From Octopus vulgaris (lineage: Eukaryota), in contig OX597815.1 of assembly GCA_951406725.2 (NCBI GenBank), positions 138,198,001 to 138,262,000 of the forward strand: a DNA stretch of 64,000 nucleotides. Reading direction: 5' to 3'. The number at the start of each line of letters is the position of its first letter. Position 1 is the first letter of the stretch. The position numbers and the translations under genes were made by a program. Positions 42,901-53,820 of the stretch are shown here, in pieces. Under the pieces are notes generated by a model. That model worked only from the letters and a program-made list of their open reading frames with translations. It was not told where the DNA came from and searched no databases.

Positions 42901-43127
42901 TTGATGGAAGGGCTGACACCTTGTGCATTGAGTAGGAATGTGGAGGTTAGTGTAGTGGCTGGTTTTGACTGTTGCAGGGGGCTTGGATTTTTTGTGTGTG
43001 TTAGTGGCAGCAATGTGGGGAATTGGTGCACTGGGGTAATAGCATAGGATGGTGTTGAGTGATGGCTAGAATGTTTTTGTGTATCTCTTTTGCCATGTTC
43101 AACATGGCTAAAAAAGAATTTTCCTGC
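39996..43127 (-). CDS. LINE ORF2: APE endonuclease + reverse transcriptase (frame open from 43127; no AUG before the endonuclease)
   Basis: APE motifs LLNAQG, LTETHL, GLYRPP, GDFN, ILDL, SDH; RT motifs YRPISLTS, QHGF, YLDFSKAFD, GVPQGTVLGP, FADD; CR1-type C-terminus RPHLEYC..W / LQRRR; no internal stops. The ORF-track start at 43031 is GTG. Confidence 0.95.
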   Translation of the reverse strand, partial: AGKFFFSHVEHGKRDTQKHSSHHSTPSYAITPVHQFPTLLPLTHTKNPSPLQQSKPATTLTSTFLLNAQGVSPSINAQKWKVQFIEDWVGNHSHHIPFFILTETHLDNSHLEAEVRVKNFTTIRADRIGRRKGGTAIFLHDSFTADGNSIFSNGYCESVTVHNKANDLTVIGLYRPPQTPILCFKECLNSIKCFIQQCHSSNILMMGDFNLPCVDWTTNCLKPSTPASTADKEAAESLFDFTNEFFLSQLVLAPTRHQNILDLVFSNHTNTIHNVTVEKTLLSDHDMVLCNMKFHQPKANPSDLPPAHPFDNMDLHKANWDAIRNELSNVDWSFTHTHISTNHKTSWQIFVDTVTDICAKHSPPRPVNKKCRIPQNRKTIIRKIKRTNKKINKLKYCQQQHTHSTAIALLESKKYNLQQCMKSLINNQRSAEEKWAIEKIKLNPKVFFSFARKRRVTVSTVGPLIDETGTLQDNAKSMAEILQKQYCSVFSNPDMADLGCISDVNPQHTISDITFSAPDVLAAINEIKHNSAVGPDRFPACVLKVCRHQLASPLANLWRNSLDAGYIPKNLLSQSVVPVFKKGNKSLAVNYRPISLTSHIIKVFERVVRSQITQFLESNRRLISNQHGFRNGRDCLTQLLHHFEDILRALGEGSNTDVIYLDFSKAFDRVDHKILLKKLSNIGVSGKLLKWIKCFLTDRSQHVVVEGVKSSPAKVSSGVPQGTVLGPLLFIIYINDINDIIKHSNIKIFADDSKIQKVINEASDRTCLQSDLLAVIQWAEKNNMLLNEDKFELIHFGKEDALKLPYSLPSGETLAASNNIRDLGVIVDNNVSWATHINTKVDMARRMCSWILRTFQSRDIHTIILLFSTFARPHLEYCCPLWSPHTIQGIKKVEAPQRAITKKIDGMTGLDYWGRLEKLKLYSLQRRRERYIICMMWKIFHQHCPNDVGITFKVHPRLGPRAIRPKQKSHSHLITTIRHNYFTSIGPALFNITPKHIKTETDPIGFKKSLDRFLQEIPDKPPTPGYVSVNNNSLLEWAIVPKF

Positions 43128-44230
43128 TTAGGGAGCAGTTTTTGGCTGGAGGTGTGGTTGCACTGTTGGATAGGGTTGTAGTTTCCACTTTTGTTGTTGT
43201 TGTTTTTGTGTCTTCCTGAAAAGACTGGACCAGCATTACTGCAGCATGGTGTGTTTCTATTTTTATTGTTATTCAGGTTTGTGTGTTGGCTCGAGGCCCC
43301 GTTTCTGTTTGTGCGTCGGGTCCCTGGAAGATGAGTGAAGGGACAGTCACTCAGTAGACATGTTCTCTCACGTTGGGAATACCGGCAGATTTTGGGACTC
43401 CGAGTTGTGTGTGTTTTGAATTTCGATTTACTATTTGGTGGTGTTGATGTTATTGTGGGATGCGTGCTTTGGCCTTGGCCAGTAGTGCGTCTAGTGCCGG
43501 GTAGATGCGTGAAGATGCAGTCACTATTTGTGCAGAGTCTCTGGCGCAGTGAATAGCGGCATATTTGGGGATTTCTTGTTTGTGCCGTGGGGGGCGCATT
43601 CTGCTTCCTATGTTTCTTTAAGTTTTTGTTACTGCAGTAGTATTGAGGTGGTGATGTGGGGGAAGAGGGCAGTGGTTTCTTATTTGGTTTTCTGTTGGTA
43701 TTTTTGGTGATAGAAGACGATGGTGGCAGCGGTGGTGATGATGATGATGATAATTGTGGTGGTTGCTGTGAGAGCGGTGAAAAGATACTGGCATTTAGTG
43801 AATCGTCTAGTAAGCTAGAGTTGAGGAGTGGCTGTTGTTGTTCTTGTTGCTGTGGCTGTTGTTGTTGTTGTTGTGCCTGACCGATGTCAGGGTCAGCCAT
43901 TGTGTTGGGAACCAGGAGTGGCTCATTCTGTTGTTGTTGTTGTTGTGGCTGCTGATTTTCTAGCTGTTGTTGTTCTTGAACTGTGAAAATATGTAGAAGC
44001 TTTTCATAATGGCCTCTTATCAGTTTGAAAGATACTTCGATATGTTTCAACTTGCTACGAATCTGTTTGACGGATCGTGTGTTGACCACTTGTGATGTTT
44101 TTTCGGCAATCTCATTCAAACACAAGACATTTAGATTTTCTGTTTGGGAAAGAGAGAGCCATGTGTTTATTAAAACATCAATTTCGTTATCAGACCAATT
44201 TCGTCTGTTGCAGGCCTGCAAGTTAGTCAT
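43001..44230 (-). CDS. LINE ORF1: Myb/SANT(trihelix)-like domain, polyQ/Ser-Pro linker, two CCCH zinc fingers
   Basis: ATG-initiated 409 aa; RRNWSDNEIDVLINTW...IAEK...RSVKQIRSKLKHI; two C-x8-C-x4-C-x3-H motifs each followed by LPGTRRT. Confidence 0.88.
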   Translation of the reverse strand: MTNLQACNRRNWSDNEIDVLINTWLSLSQTENLNVLCLNEIAEKTSQVVNTRSVKQIRSKLKHIEVSFKLIRGHYEKLLHIFTVQEQQQLENQQPQQQQQQNEPLLVPNTMADPDIGQAQQQQQQPQQQEQQQPLLNSSLLDDSLNASIFSPLSQQPPQLSSSSSPPLPPSSSITKNTNRKPNKKPLPSSPTSPPQYYCSNKNLKKHRKQNAPPTAQTRNPQICRYSLRQRLCTNSDCIFTHLPGTRRTTGQGQSTHPTITSTPPNSKSKFKTHTTRSPKICRYSQRERTCLLSDCPFTHLPGTRRTNRNGASSQHTNLNNNKNRNTPCCSNAGPVFSGRHKNNNNKSGNYNPIQQCNHTSSQKLLPKQENSFLAMLNMAKEIHKNILAITQHHPMLLPQCTNSPHCCH

Positions 44231-44684
44231 GTTTGTTTTTCTTTTGTTTGTTTTCCTTTTGATTTTTGAAAATATATATATTCTTTCTTGGAAGTTAAAG
44301 AAGTGTATATATATATAAATGTTCTCTCTTAAGGGTGTGAGTTTTTGATTATTTGGTTGTTTGAGGATATTAAAAGAAAAACAGGTGTATATAACAATTT
44401 GTAGTTAAATGAAAACGTACTTACGGGTTTGTAGGCAAACACGTGGTTACAAATATATATATATTTAAGGTCAGTTAGTTTTGAAGCTGTGTAGCTTGCT
44501 ACTGACTCGGGAGAGAAACAAATAGACGTCCGTCCAGTTCAACAGTTAATCCAAATATATATATACATATATAAATATATATATACAAGTATATATTTAC
44601 TCACACACGCACACATATATGTTCGTTTTACTCCTGTTTTCTATGCATACAGAGGGAGGGGTAGACGACTTGTTATTGAAACAT

Positions 44685-44730
<46 letters not shown>

Positions 44731-45418
44731 TTCACATATTTTAAGCAATTAGAACTATAGAATTGCCAGGAGATATATTAAAATTAACATTGATTTAAAT
44801 ATATATCTTATGTATCTACAGCTCTTTTCTCTTATTGAAAATCTCTCTCTTACTTCACTTCTCCTTCTCTGTCTCCCATCTCTCTGTGTACACATACACA
44901 TACATACACGCACCGATTCACACATACAAATATATGTAAATTGCTTAAATATATTTATGTTTTATTTCAAAATTTATAAGAAATAAAATTGTGTAGATGT
45001 TTTATATAACATAAACATGGAATATGAAACAAATCTGTTAAAATCCATTAAATATTTGCTTATAAAATCATTTAATAGAATAAAATTTGTAATAGCTTAC
45101 AAGTCATAACCCTAAAGTTATGCTGTATACATTTGACATTGACTTCAGCCTAAAATTGTAGTTTTCCTATTTTTGATCGAACGTTTTTCACCGAACCCTT
45201 TCCAAATTGTTTTGTATGACACGCAATAGATGTGGAATACACTTTAACTTCAGAGTTAAACATGTTAATAATAATCTCGCGTTTGTTATTGATGTACTCT
45301 CAGGTACATGCAATTTTATGGGAATCGGAGGTAATGCAACAAGAGGGTCTTTAGACGAAAATTATTTTGTGAAAATGGTCAATTATATCCCTTCTTAATA
45401 TATGAATATCATTTTTTA

Positions 45419-45747
45419 AGTGATGGTATGTTGCCTACTTAATGTGGCAGTCCCATGAAAGGGAAGAATGCTACTGCTATTTAGCCCTAGGAAACACCGT
45501 TTCCAGTTGGCAATGACTCATTTTCTGCGTTCTTATGTTTTGAAAGGGGAGATAAGAACCTCCACCCAGCAAAGCCAGTCTTTGAATGCTATATTTGCTG
45601 GGTGGAGGTGCTTATCTTCCTTTTGAAAACATAAGGATGCAGAAAATGTGTCATGGCCAACTGAAAACAGTGTTTCCTAGGATTAAATAGCAGTAGCATT
45701 CTTCCCTTTCTGAGACTGCCACATTAAGTTGGCAACAAACCATCACT
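45419..45747. mobile_element. Palindromic MITE (about 155-bp arms, about 20-bp spacer) with TTA on both sides
   Basis: agtgatgg...cctccacccagcaaa / tttgctgggtggagg...ccatcact; TTA at 45416-45418 and 45748-45750 is consistent with a PIF/Harbinger-type TSD. Confidence 0.8.
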
Positions 45748-48700
45748 TTATCATGCTGCTACTGTATAAATCTCTCTGAGAGATTTAGAAATATAATATT
45801 TCTATCATTTTTTTAAAGACTGACTTTTCATTGAGCACTTTCAGCTATAAAATAATAAACTATTGTTTATAATTCCTATCTCCGCGTCAAATGTTCTGAA
45901 AGACAGATAAATGAGAGCAGCACTAAAAAATTAGCGACACGTTGGAACAAATTAAAAACAAGGTACTGAGGCAAGAACATTTTTAGGGAAACCATAAGTG
46001 ATACATATTCCGTTGTTCATTATGGACAATAGGGTTAAGATTATATTGATATAGTACGATAGGAACTATATTTATTAGTTTGTTTAAAACTGAGTTATTT
46101 CCTTCAGTTGTGATATTTTTTATATATATTGAAAATTATAATCTCTTAGAGATCACAATTTAGTTAATAAAAGGAAAGAACGAAATTATCAATACAACAT
46201 TGCTATTTATTTGAGACATTGCAATTTCATAGCACTTATATATTATTAATTTTTAATATAAACTCAAGAAATTAGATATTATTAAAATAAAGGAAACCAA
46301 TATTAAATGTACGCTATGTTTCCACTAATATTATCATTTGTACTCTATATCAGTTTGGAATCAAATGCTTTCTTTCTGTAGATTATTTTTCCTCTCGTAT
46401 CTAGTTGTTAAATATCATATTTAACAATTATACTATACATATAACATTATGAATGTTCTTAGAAGCACTCTAGTTGAACATCGAACATTCATACCTAATA
46501 CCCAGGCAGTCAGTCATTGCTAAAACTATCTGTCCTCATGCAGATATAATATCATAGCCAGTCTGATCATAAATAATCTGATCAAAATTATCTACCTGTT
46601 TCTTCAACTGTTCGATGAATAATAATTTAAATATACAAATGAACGCTAAAACGAATACATATCTTCAAGATAACGAATTAACTGATGACATTTTACACAC
46701 TTTAAGAATAAATACTGGTAAAAAATATAAATTAGAAAAGAAAAGTAGGCGTGGTTTATTATACTAATATGAACTATGATATCAAAAAAGAAAGATATGT
46801 CTATCTAAAACAACATGTTGATGGAACAGTTACATCCTCTTTTTATTTAGTAAGGTTAACTACCAAATAGATAGAGACCCATGTGTAATATAACGAAGTT
46901 AGGAGATTTGAACTCTAAACATAGTTGAGCTAAACTGTAATACTGATATTGTAGTAAATCTGCTATCTCCATAGGTCTTATATATTTACAATCCTGAATA
47001 GTAAATATTTTGATTACTATTTATAAAATTTACAGATTAGCATTTAGAATCAATAACTAGCGATACTCATTAAAGATTAAGATTTTATATTTGAATGAAA
47101 AAAAAATTCCAACAGCTAAGGAAACACATTTCAGAACTTTAGTAATTCATAATTTATATATTTAAGAACTTCTAATGAAATTTTAGCATTTGTAATTATG
47201 GTATCATATTCTTAATATTGTGACAAGAGCAAAGGTAAACTCCGATATATCTAACTAGTTTCAATTCTGGGTTACAGCCATTTGTTGCAATCACTTTCAT
47301 CGTTAGCCTCCTTATTAACAATTATGGGATATAGAAGAACCAACACCAAGTGATAATTTCAGAGAAATACATTATAATCTAAGACGTAGTAGAGCCACTT
47401 GATGTGTATGAGTGAAATATACTGTATAATACCAACATTACTGCACAAACTAGTTAAAGGAATTTGTATAAAGAAAACATTGAAAAGTATTATTATTCTA
47501 AAGCTCATTATTTTGAAAATAATAGTAATATAGTAAAATAATTTTCTGTCCCACTGAGTTTCTGAATATTAATGTCTAAAGTTGTACTTATGTTAGCTTC
47601 AAACAGTCAAAAAAAAAAAAAAAAAGATTTGGAAAACACCTTACAACTATATAATTATATAATTTTATAAATATAATACTTTATAAATACCTATGAAGCC
47701 ATGCTGATTTTTGTAGGACTTAGTACAAATACCTTTGTATTTATGGAAAGGATGGAAATCCAAGATACTCATACTTTTCTCAAGAGATTAAATGAACTAA
47801 CTGAATTAAAATTGTTTTTATATTTCTATATTTTATATAAAGAGCTAAATAACGAAAGGTTTTATAGTTAACAACATTTTTATGAACTTTAGGTGTAGTA
47901 TAGAGGTAAAATATCTTAAACTTTCAATAGAGATGGTGCTGTAGAGTTGGTTCCATGATATTTGCTATTAAAGGCTGCCTTCTAAGGACACATAAAATGA
48001 ACCTTTATATTGGTCCCAGTACTTGTTTTATCAACCCCAGAAGGATAACAGGTAGCATTAATTCTAGAGGGAGTTGAACTCAGTACAAAAACAAACAACG
48101 CGATTTTATATTACAAATCAATGAGCTCTGTCGCTGTATTGATTCTGCCAGGCACCAGCCTTGCTACAAAAATAGTGACAAGAAGCAAAATAGTGAAATG
48201 TTTATAAGCATCTCCATGATTCATTTGCTTTTCTGTCCTTCGTTTCTTTTTATGACTGAACTATCTTGATTTGTAGAAAAAATTTAATCTCTTTCAGATA
48301 CCAGTTTCAGTCACCAAACAAATAACAATGATTCATATAAAACACACATATCAATACTAGACTCCATGCAATAATGGAAAGCTGTGTTTATTTGGAAGCA
48401 ATTTTATGCACGAAACCGAACCATCTCTGTCATATTCACAAATTAGTGTGATCGATAATAACATGAGAAATGCGGAAATTAAACGTCAAAGACCAATCAA
48501 TTTGATAGTAAGATAGACATTAAAAAATAGAGAAAAATAGAGTCACTGGCAATGATGTTGTTGCCAACGGCTGAACTTTCATTTTTACCCCAGATTTCTT
48601 TTGTCAATATTAAAACAGCAAAAGTCTGCAAACATTAGTAATGCTTGTTATTGACGAGAAAACAATGTTTTTAAGTAAAATTATAATCTGTTTAAAGACA

Positions 48701-48934
48701 TCATCGAGTAGAAATTGAAGTAGACACATATATACTAACATACATAAATATACATGCGTATATAACCACAGACATATACGTATAAAAGAAAAAGTAACAT
48801 TATTCTTGTAGTCTTTATAAAAAAACAGCTATTTCCTTCCGTTAACTTTTTTTAAGAAGGTAAAATGATTATAACAATAGGAAAAACATCACTGAGTTAG
48901 TGATAGTACTATGTTCTAGATTGCATGCTTACTA

Positions 48935-49350
48935 CAGGCTGCCATATCCCGGTTATATTTTTCCATCTCCAGTGCTACGAGTGCGGTGCGGCTCCCATCG
49001 ATTTGTTTTCCCTCTATCTAGTAGTGCTCTCGTATTCAGAGGTTTAGATAAAGCTAGTTTTGGTGCATCGTAGTAAATCTTTCGCTGCAGATCGGAGTGG
49101 AGAAAAGCCACACAAAATGTAGAAATCTGGGCGGCTATCGGTCCAGTGTATTTTTAAGTTAACGATATTATTTCAAAGGATTGTTGCTACTGCCAATATC
49201 TTTTGAAGTTACTTAGTAGCATTTTCTCGGTAAGTTGTATATACAGTTGGTAAAGTCAGGCCAAATCTTACTGATTCTACAGCCACTGCAGCAGCTGACA
49301 GTCGACGTCCATAGTCTGACCCATTCGAGATGTTGCACCTAGTTGGTTTT
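48935..49350 (-). mobile_element. RTE-clade LINE 5' fragment
   Basis: Minus strand LNTRALLDR...RTALVALEMEKYNRDMAA matches the RTE endonuclease N-terminus (WNVRTLLD...RTALVARELARYNIDIAA). Confidence 0.7.
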
Positions 49351-51303
49351 TGTTGGCTGTTGAATATCCTGAGTTAATATTCCTTCTTGACAAATTTTGT
49401 TTTTTGTTCTCTAGAGTGTTCAATAATCTTCCATATATTAAGCAAGTTTGGTGGAACTGCCGATTTAGTCACGGATAATCCGATTATGGATTTACAAGAT
49501 GACTTGTAGCAGATTTAATATAAATATAAGCAAACTGTAAAACACTATACAAAATAACATCAACATTACGAGAAGGTCGTAAAACTTGTAACAAAAGCTT
49601 TGTATTCACTTCCTATTTTTTAAAAACTGGAATCGAACAATTTCTTTCTTTGAACAGTGTAGTGTCTGTAGACGCCCAAGAAAATCTCGTACATATTCCC
49701 TGTCACTAATTAATTTGTAGTATACTGAACTAAATTTGCTGTCCAAAAACACAAACGACATTAATTTACGATATATATGCATGCAGTCTAGTGTATATTT
49801 CACTTTATTTTGTTTTAAGGTTTCTATATTTGGAATATAGAGATTATATTCGTGAAAATATTAAATACACTTTCAATGAAAGTTGTTTGTACATGTCTTT
49901 AGTGGATCTCTAAAGTTGGCTATTTATACATTCTCTGACTTGTAGGTTGAATGTGAAACTTCGTCAATAAACTTCCTAACAGTTGCTCAACAATGAAATC
50001 TACAAATACTGTTTATTTATCTGAAATAATGCAGCTGCCACGAACAGAATATTAAGCTTTGCTCACCAAAAGCCATCTGACTGCAACTAGGTTTTACCTC
50101 CTATCATAGAAATAATAATCTAAAATTTGCCTAAGTTAGACTTGTGTAGCAGCACACAGCATCACAGCTCTGAAGAGAAGGAATCGTTATAGTTAGGTTA
50201 GAAGATTCACAGGGTAAATATCGCATGTCTGTGTATTAGCAATTGTGTTTTGCCGATTAAAGATTTGCCTATTAATCTGAGTTCATCTGTTAATATGATT
50301 TGGAAAAATTATAAATACTGGTTCACATATTTTGTGGTAAATAATTGACAATATTAATAAAAATGCATCAAAAAGTATAGATAGGATACCTAAAAATCGA
50401 GCACACTACCATGTTCCTATTTCTGAATGAAACGATTACACTTTTGCCATCATTAATACGTTCACTCGTATTAATGGCAGGGTGGTCATGTAATCGTATT
50501 TCTCATGAATGAAGTTAATACGATTGCTTTTTAACATAGGCACAAGGCCAGAAATTTGATAGACGGAACAGTCGACTTTATGGAGTCCAGAGTGCTTGAT
50601 TGGTACATTATTTAATTGAATTTGGAAAGATAAAATGTAAAGTTGAAGATAGCAGAAATTAAACTCAAAACGTAAAGTGCTGGAATAGATACTGTACAGT
50701 ATCATATTCCGGTAATCAACCGTCGTAGATGAGGTTCATGTAAAAGTTCAACTACAATGTCAGCATTATAAACATATATAAACAGAATAATTTTAAAATA
50801 TCATAGATAAAACAGTGATTTTTAACATAGGAACCAAGCCACAGTTTCGTGGTGGTGGTGGAAAGCAGTCAATTAAATCGACTCCAGTACTTGGTATCTA
50901 ATCTTATCGGCCCAGGAAGGATGAAAGACAAAGTTGACCTTTATGGGGATTGAAATCAGAATGTGAAAAGCCGTAACGAAATACCACTGCACACGTTGTC
51001 CATCATTGTGCTCATTCTGTCAAGCCACCATGGAGTTTTTATTCTTTCGAGGTTGATAAAAGTACTAGTCAATTACTGGGGCAGATTCTTGTCTTACTAC
51101 TACTCCCTTGTTCTCTCCGTCTGTTACAAGCATCGGCACACTCACAATGTTGTGCTCTTCAAAAGGGCAGGTAAATGGGGGTTAAGGATTTAGCTAGCAC
51201 TCTCTTCTTAATCAAAGTTTGATATGATACCAGAACTGTCTAAGGTCGGACTGATGTTCTCTGTACTGAGGTACATAATAGAAATATTATGCAATATTAT
51301 TAC

Positions 51304-51533
51304 GGCGGTGAGCTGGCAGAAACGTTAGCACGCCGGGCGAAATGCTTAGCGGTATTTCGTCTGTGGTTACGTTCTGAGTTCAAATTCTGCCGAGGTCAAC
51401 TTTACCTTTCATCCTTTCGGGGTCGATAAATTAAGTACCAGTTACGCACAGGGGTCGATATAATCGACTTAATCCGTTTGTCTGTCCTTGTTTGTCCCCT
51501 CTGTGTTTAGCCCCTAGTGGGTAGTAAAGAAAT
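51304..51533 (+). mobile_element. SINE family A with 18-bp target-site duplication
   Basis: ggtacataatagaaatat at 51270-51287 and 51535-51552. Confidence 0.92.
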
Positions 51534-53169
51534 TGGTACATAATAGAAATATGAATAGATTGAATTATGCGGAACGTGAATATCTGTTATTCTAATATCT
51601 GAAACATTACTTTATAAAACACGTGAGTAAAGGATAAAAGCAGAACAAAATATGTTTCAAAATACTTTATTTTTGAGGGAGCCTGACAGAATTGTTCATT
51701 TGTTTTAAATTATAAAAAAATATATGGAATTTAACTTCAATAGCTAATTTAAATATATATTACAAATAATAACATAAATGTTTATTTTTTAATTGTTCCA
51801 GACAGAAATTTAAAAAATAGTGAAATAAATATCCTCTTGGATATTTGTAGTAAAAAAAAGCTCTTAATTTTTAATCAACTTCTAGTAGCTACTATAATTA
51901 TTTTCTTAAGATAACCGTAATTACTTTAGGTGAAGGAGCAGTTAATCGTGATAAAACGGATTCTCGGTCTGTACTGCTGAAGATAAATCAAATTAACAGA
52001 TTTTTGGCTATGTACCAAATATCTCAAACCTAGAGTTTGAGTTTATAAAATACCTTAGGAAATGTTTCATAACAAATTTATAATCAAAATAACAAAGTTT
52101 CCAGCAATACTACTTTCTAATTAAGGTCAACATCTGCTGTTTCGTCAATACATAACTAAGTTATTTTCTTTCTTATAAATTTATCAATATATTGTTACAC
52201 ACTTTTACGTCAAATATGCTTTCAAGACAATCAACTACTATTTGCTATTAATGTTTCCTTTGCTAAACAATTTTAAAGAGTTACATTTGCTGTATAAAAT
52301 TACTACTAACTGCTGAAAAAACATTAAAGAGGATGTAAAAGAATTAGTTTTGAAGTAGTTTACTTTCATGTATTAAGCTTCTGTGTGGACTTAGCTGCAG
52401 CAGCTGTACAACCGTATTAATTACATCTAGAATATGACTGTGTAAAGATCGGATATCAGGAAATTTATGAGGCTTAAATATAAGGTTTCTACGATGGTAA
52501 TTATTCTCTAGCTTTAGATGCTTTGTCTAAACATAATGCCAGTTCGAAACATGAAGGGTGGCATGTTATAGCAACTAATCAGGAGCTCCACTGTTTTGAC
52601 AACATTTTTTTTGTAGACTTTAATATTCTATCTTCATGTATAAATAAAATTTGTATCATTCAGGGAATGAAGCCAAATCAATCAACTACATGCTTCCCTT
52701 TAGAGAATAACATTTTTATTGTAATAATAGATTTAACTAGTACGACCAGTAATCCTAGGCCTTCACATTAAAAAATCGATTCTTATGGAACTGAAACCTG
52801 GTTAATATTTAGAAGCGATATCGATAAAATTACAAAACATTATTTCGATTATTATTTCAAATTCTAATTGAAATTATCTAGTTGTTATGATCAGCAGAAT
52901 GACCAGGTTTAGAGAACCCTGGCAGAATGGGAACGATAATTAAAATGTATGGAGCATTACAGTATATAATATTTCGTTTCCTATGTTTTTGTGCTTATAA
53001 GTATTACTGATGTACATTTAATAGAAAAAATCTAAATCTTCATTTATCAAGACTAAAATTTCACTAACTATAGCCTATTACTTTGTTTTCGTGGATTTTA
53101 TTCGTACAATATTGAAGATATCTAATCATTGGAAATTTTACCTTCCATCTGGATGCTTAAACCTTTCTT

Positions 53170-53690
53170 TATTCATCTTTTCGCGGTGACTGAATGGCTT
53201 GGAGGACTCAAGCATTGAGATTTTGCTGCGTGGGATGTAGGACATGCCTAAAAGGATCACTCAAACGCTTAGCAGTTTCTCAATGTTCAGAAGTGAATCA
53301 CGTGTACTACCATGGATAGTTAGCATAACATTGGTATAAATCCGGTTCGTCGTAGAAACCGTGGGAGTGAGGCGTTGTGTAGTATATGGATATGCATTGG
53401 GTAGCAGTGGTCGGATGACCCAATATACGCAGAGACAGTTGCGGTCTTTTAGATGTTAGGTTTGGAGGTAAGAAAGAGATCAAGGGTATCCGGAGTTCCT
53501 GTGTGTCGGCCAGAAATACATGTCGAGGATGTAGCTACGTGGATCTCTAGGAAGACAGGTAAAGTGAGGTGCATACTCTCAATGCAGGAGAAGATATGGC
53601 CTAAGAGTTGCTGATAGTTCGAGGTCAGAGAACGGTAGAAGCAGACGTGTTTGGAAAAGCGACTGGGAGACTTTAATCAGAGTAACTGCA
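53170..53690 (-). mobile_element. Possible decayed LINE endonuclease fragment
   Basis: Locally GC-richer; minus-strand GSSDH and SSKP remnants only. Confidence 0.35.
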
Positions 53691-53714
53691 AACCATTATA
53701 GTTGAAATGCAGAT

Positions 53715-53820
<106 letters not shown>

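Larger units (their letters stand above)
39897..44553 (-). mobile_element. Apparently full-length CR1-group non-LTR retrotransposon
   Basis: About 320-nt 5' UTR, intact ORF1 and ORF2, short 3' UTR with GGCCA-ATAA-TGGCC hairpin and (ATCAAAGT)4 tail; TA repeats on both flanks; 5' boundary approximate. Confidence 0.92.

Noticed and set aside
45800-48900. Long AT-rich stretch searched for host exons
   Set aside because: No ORF, splice-bounded coding signal or recognisable motif; short exons cannot be excluded without transcript data.
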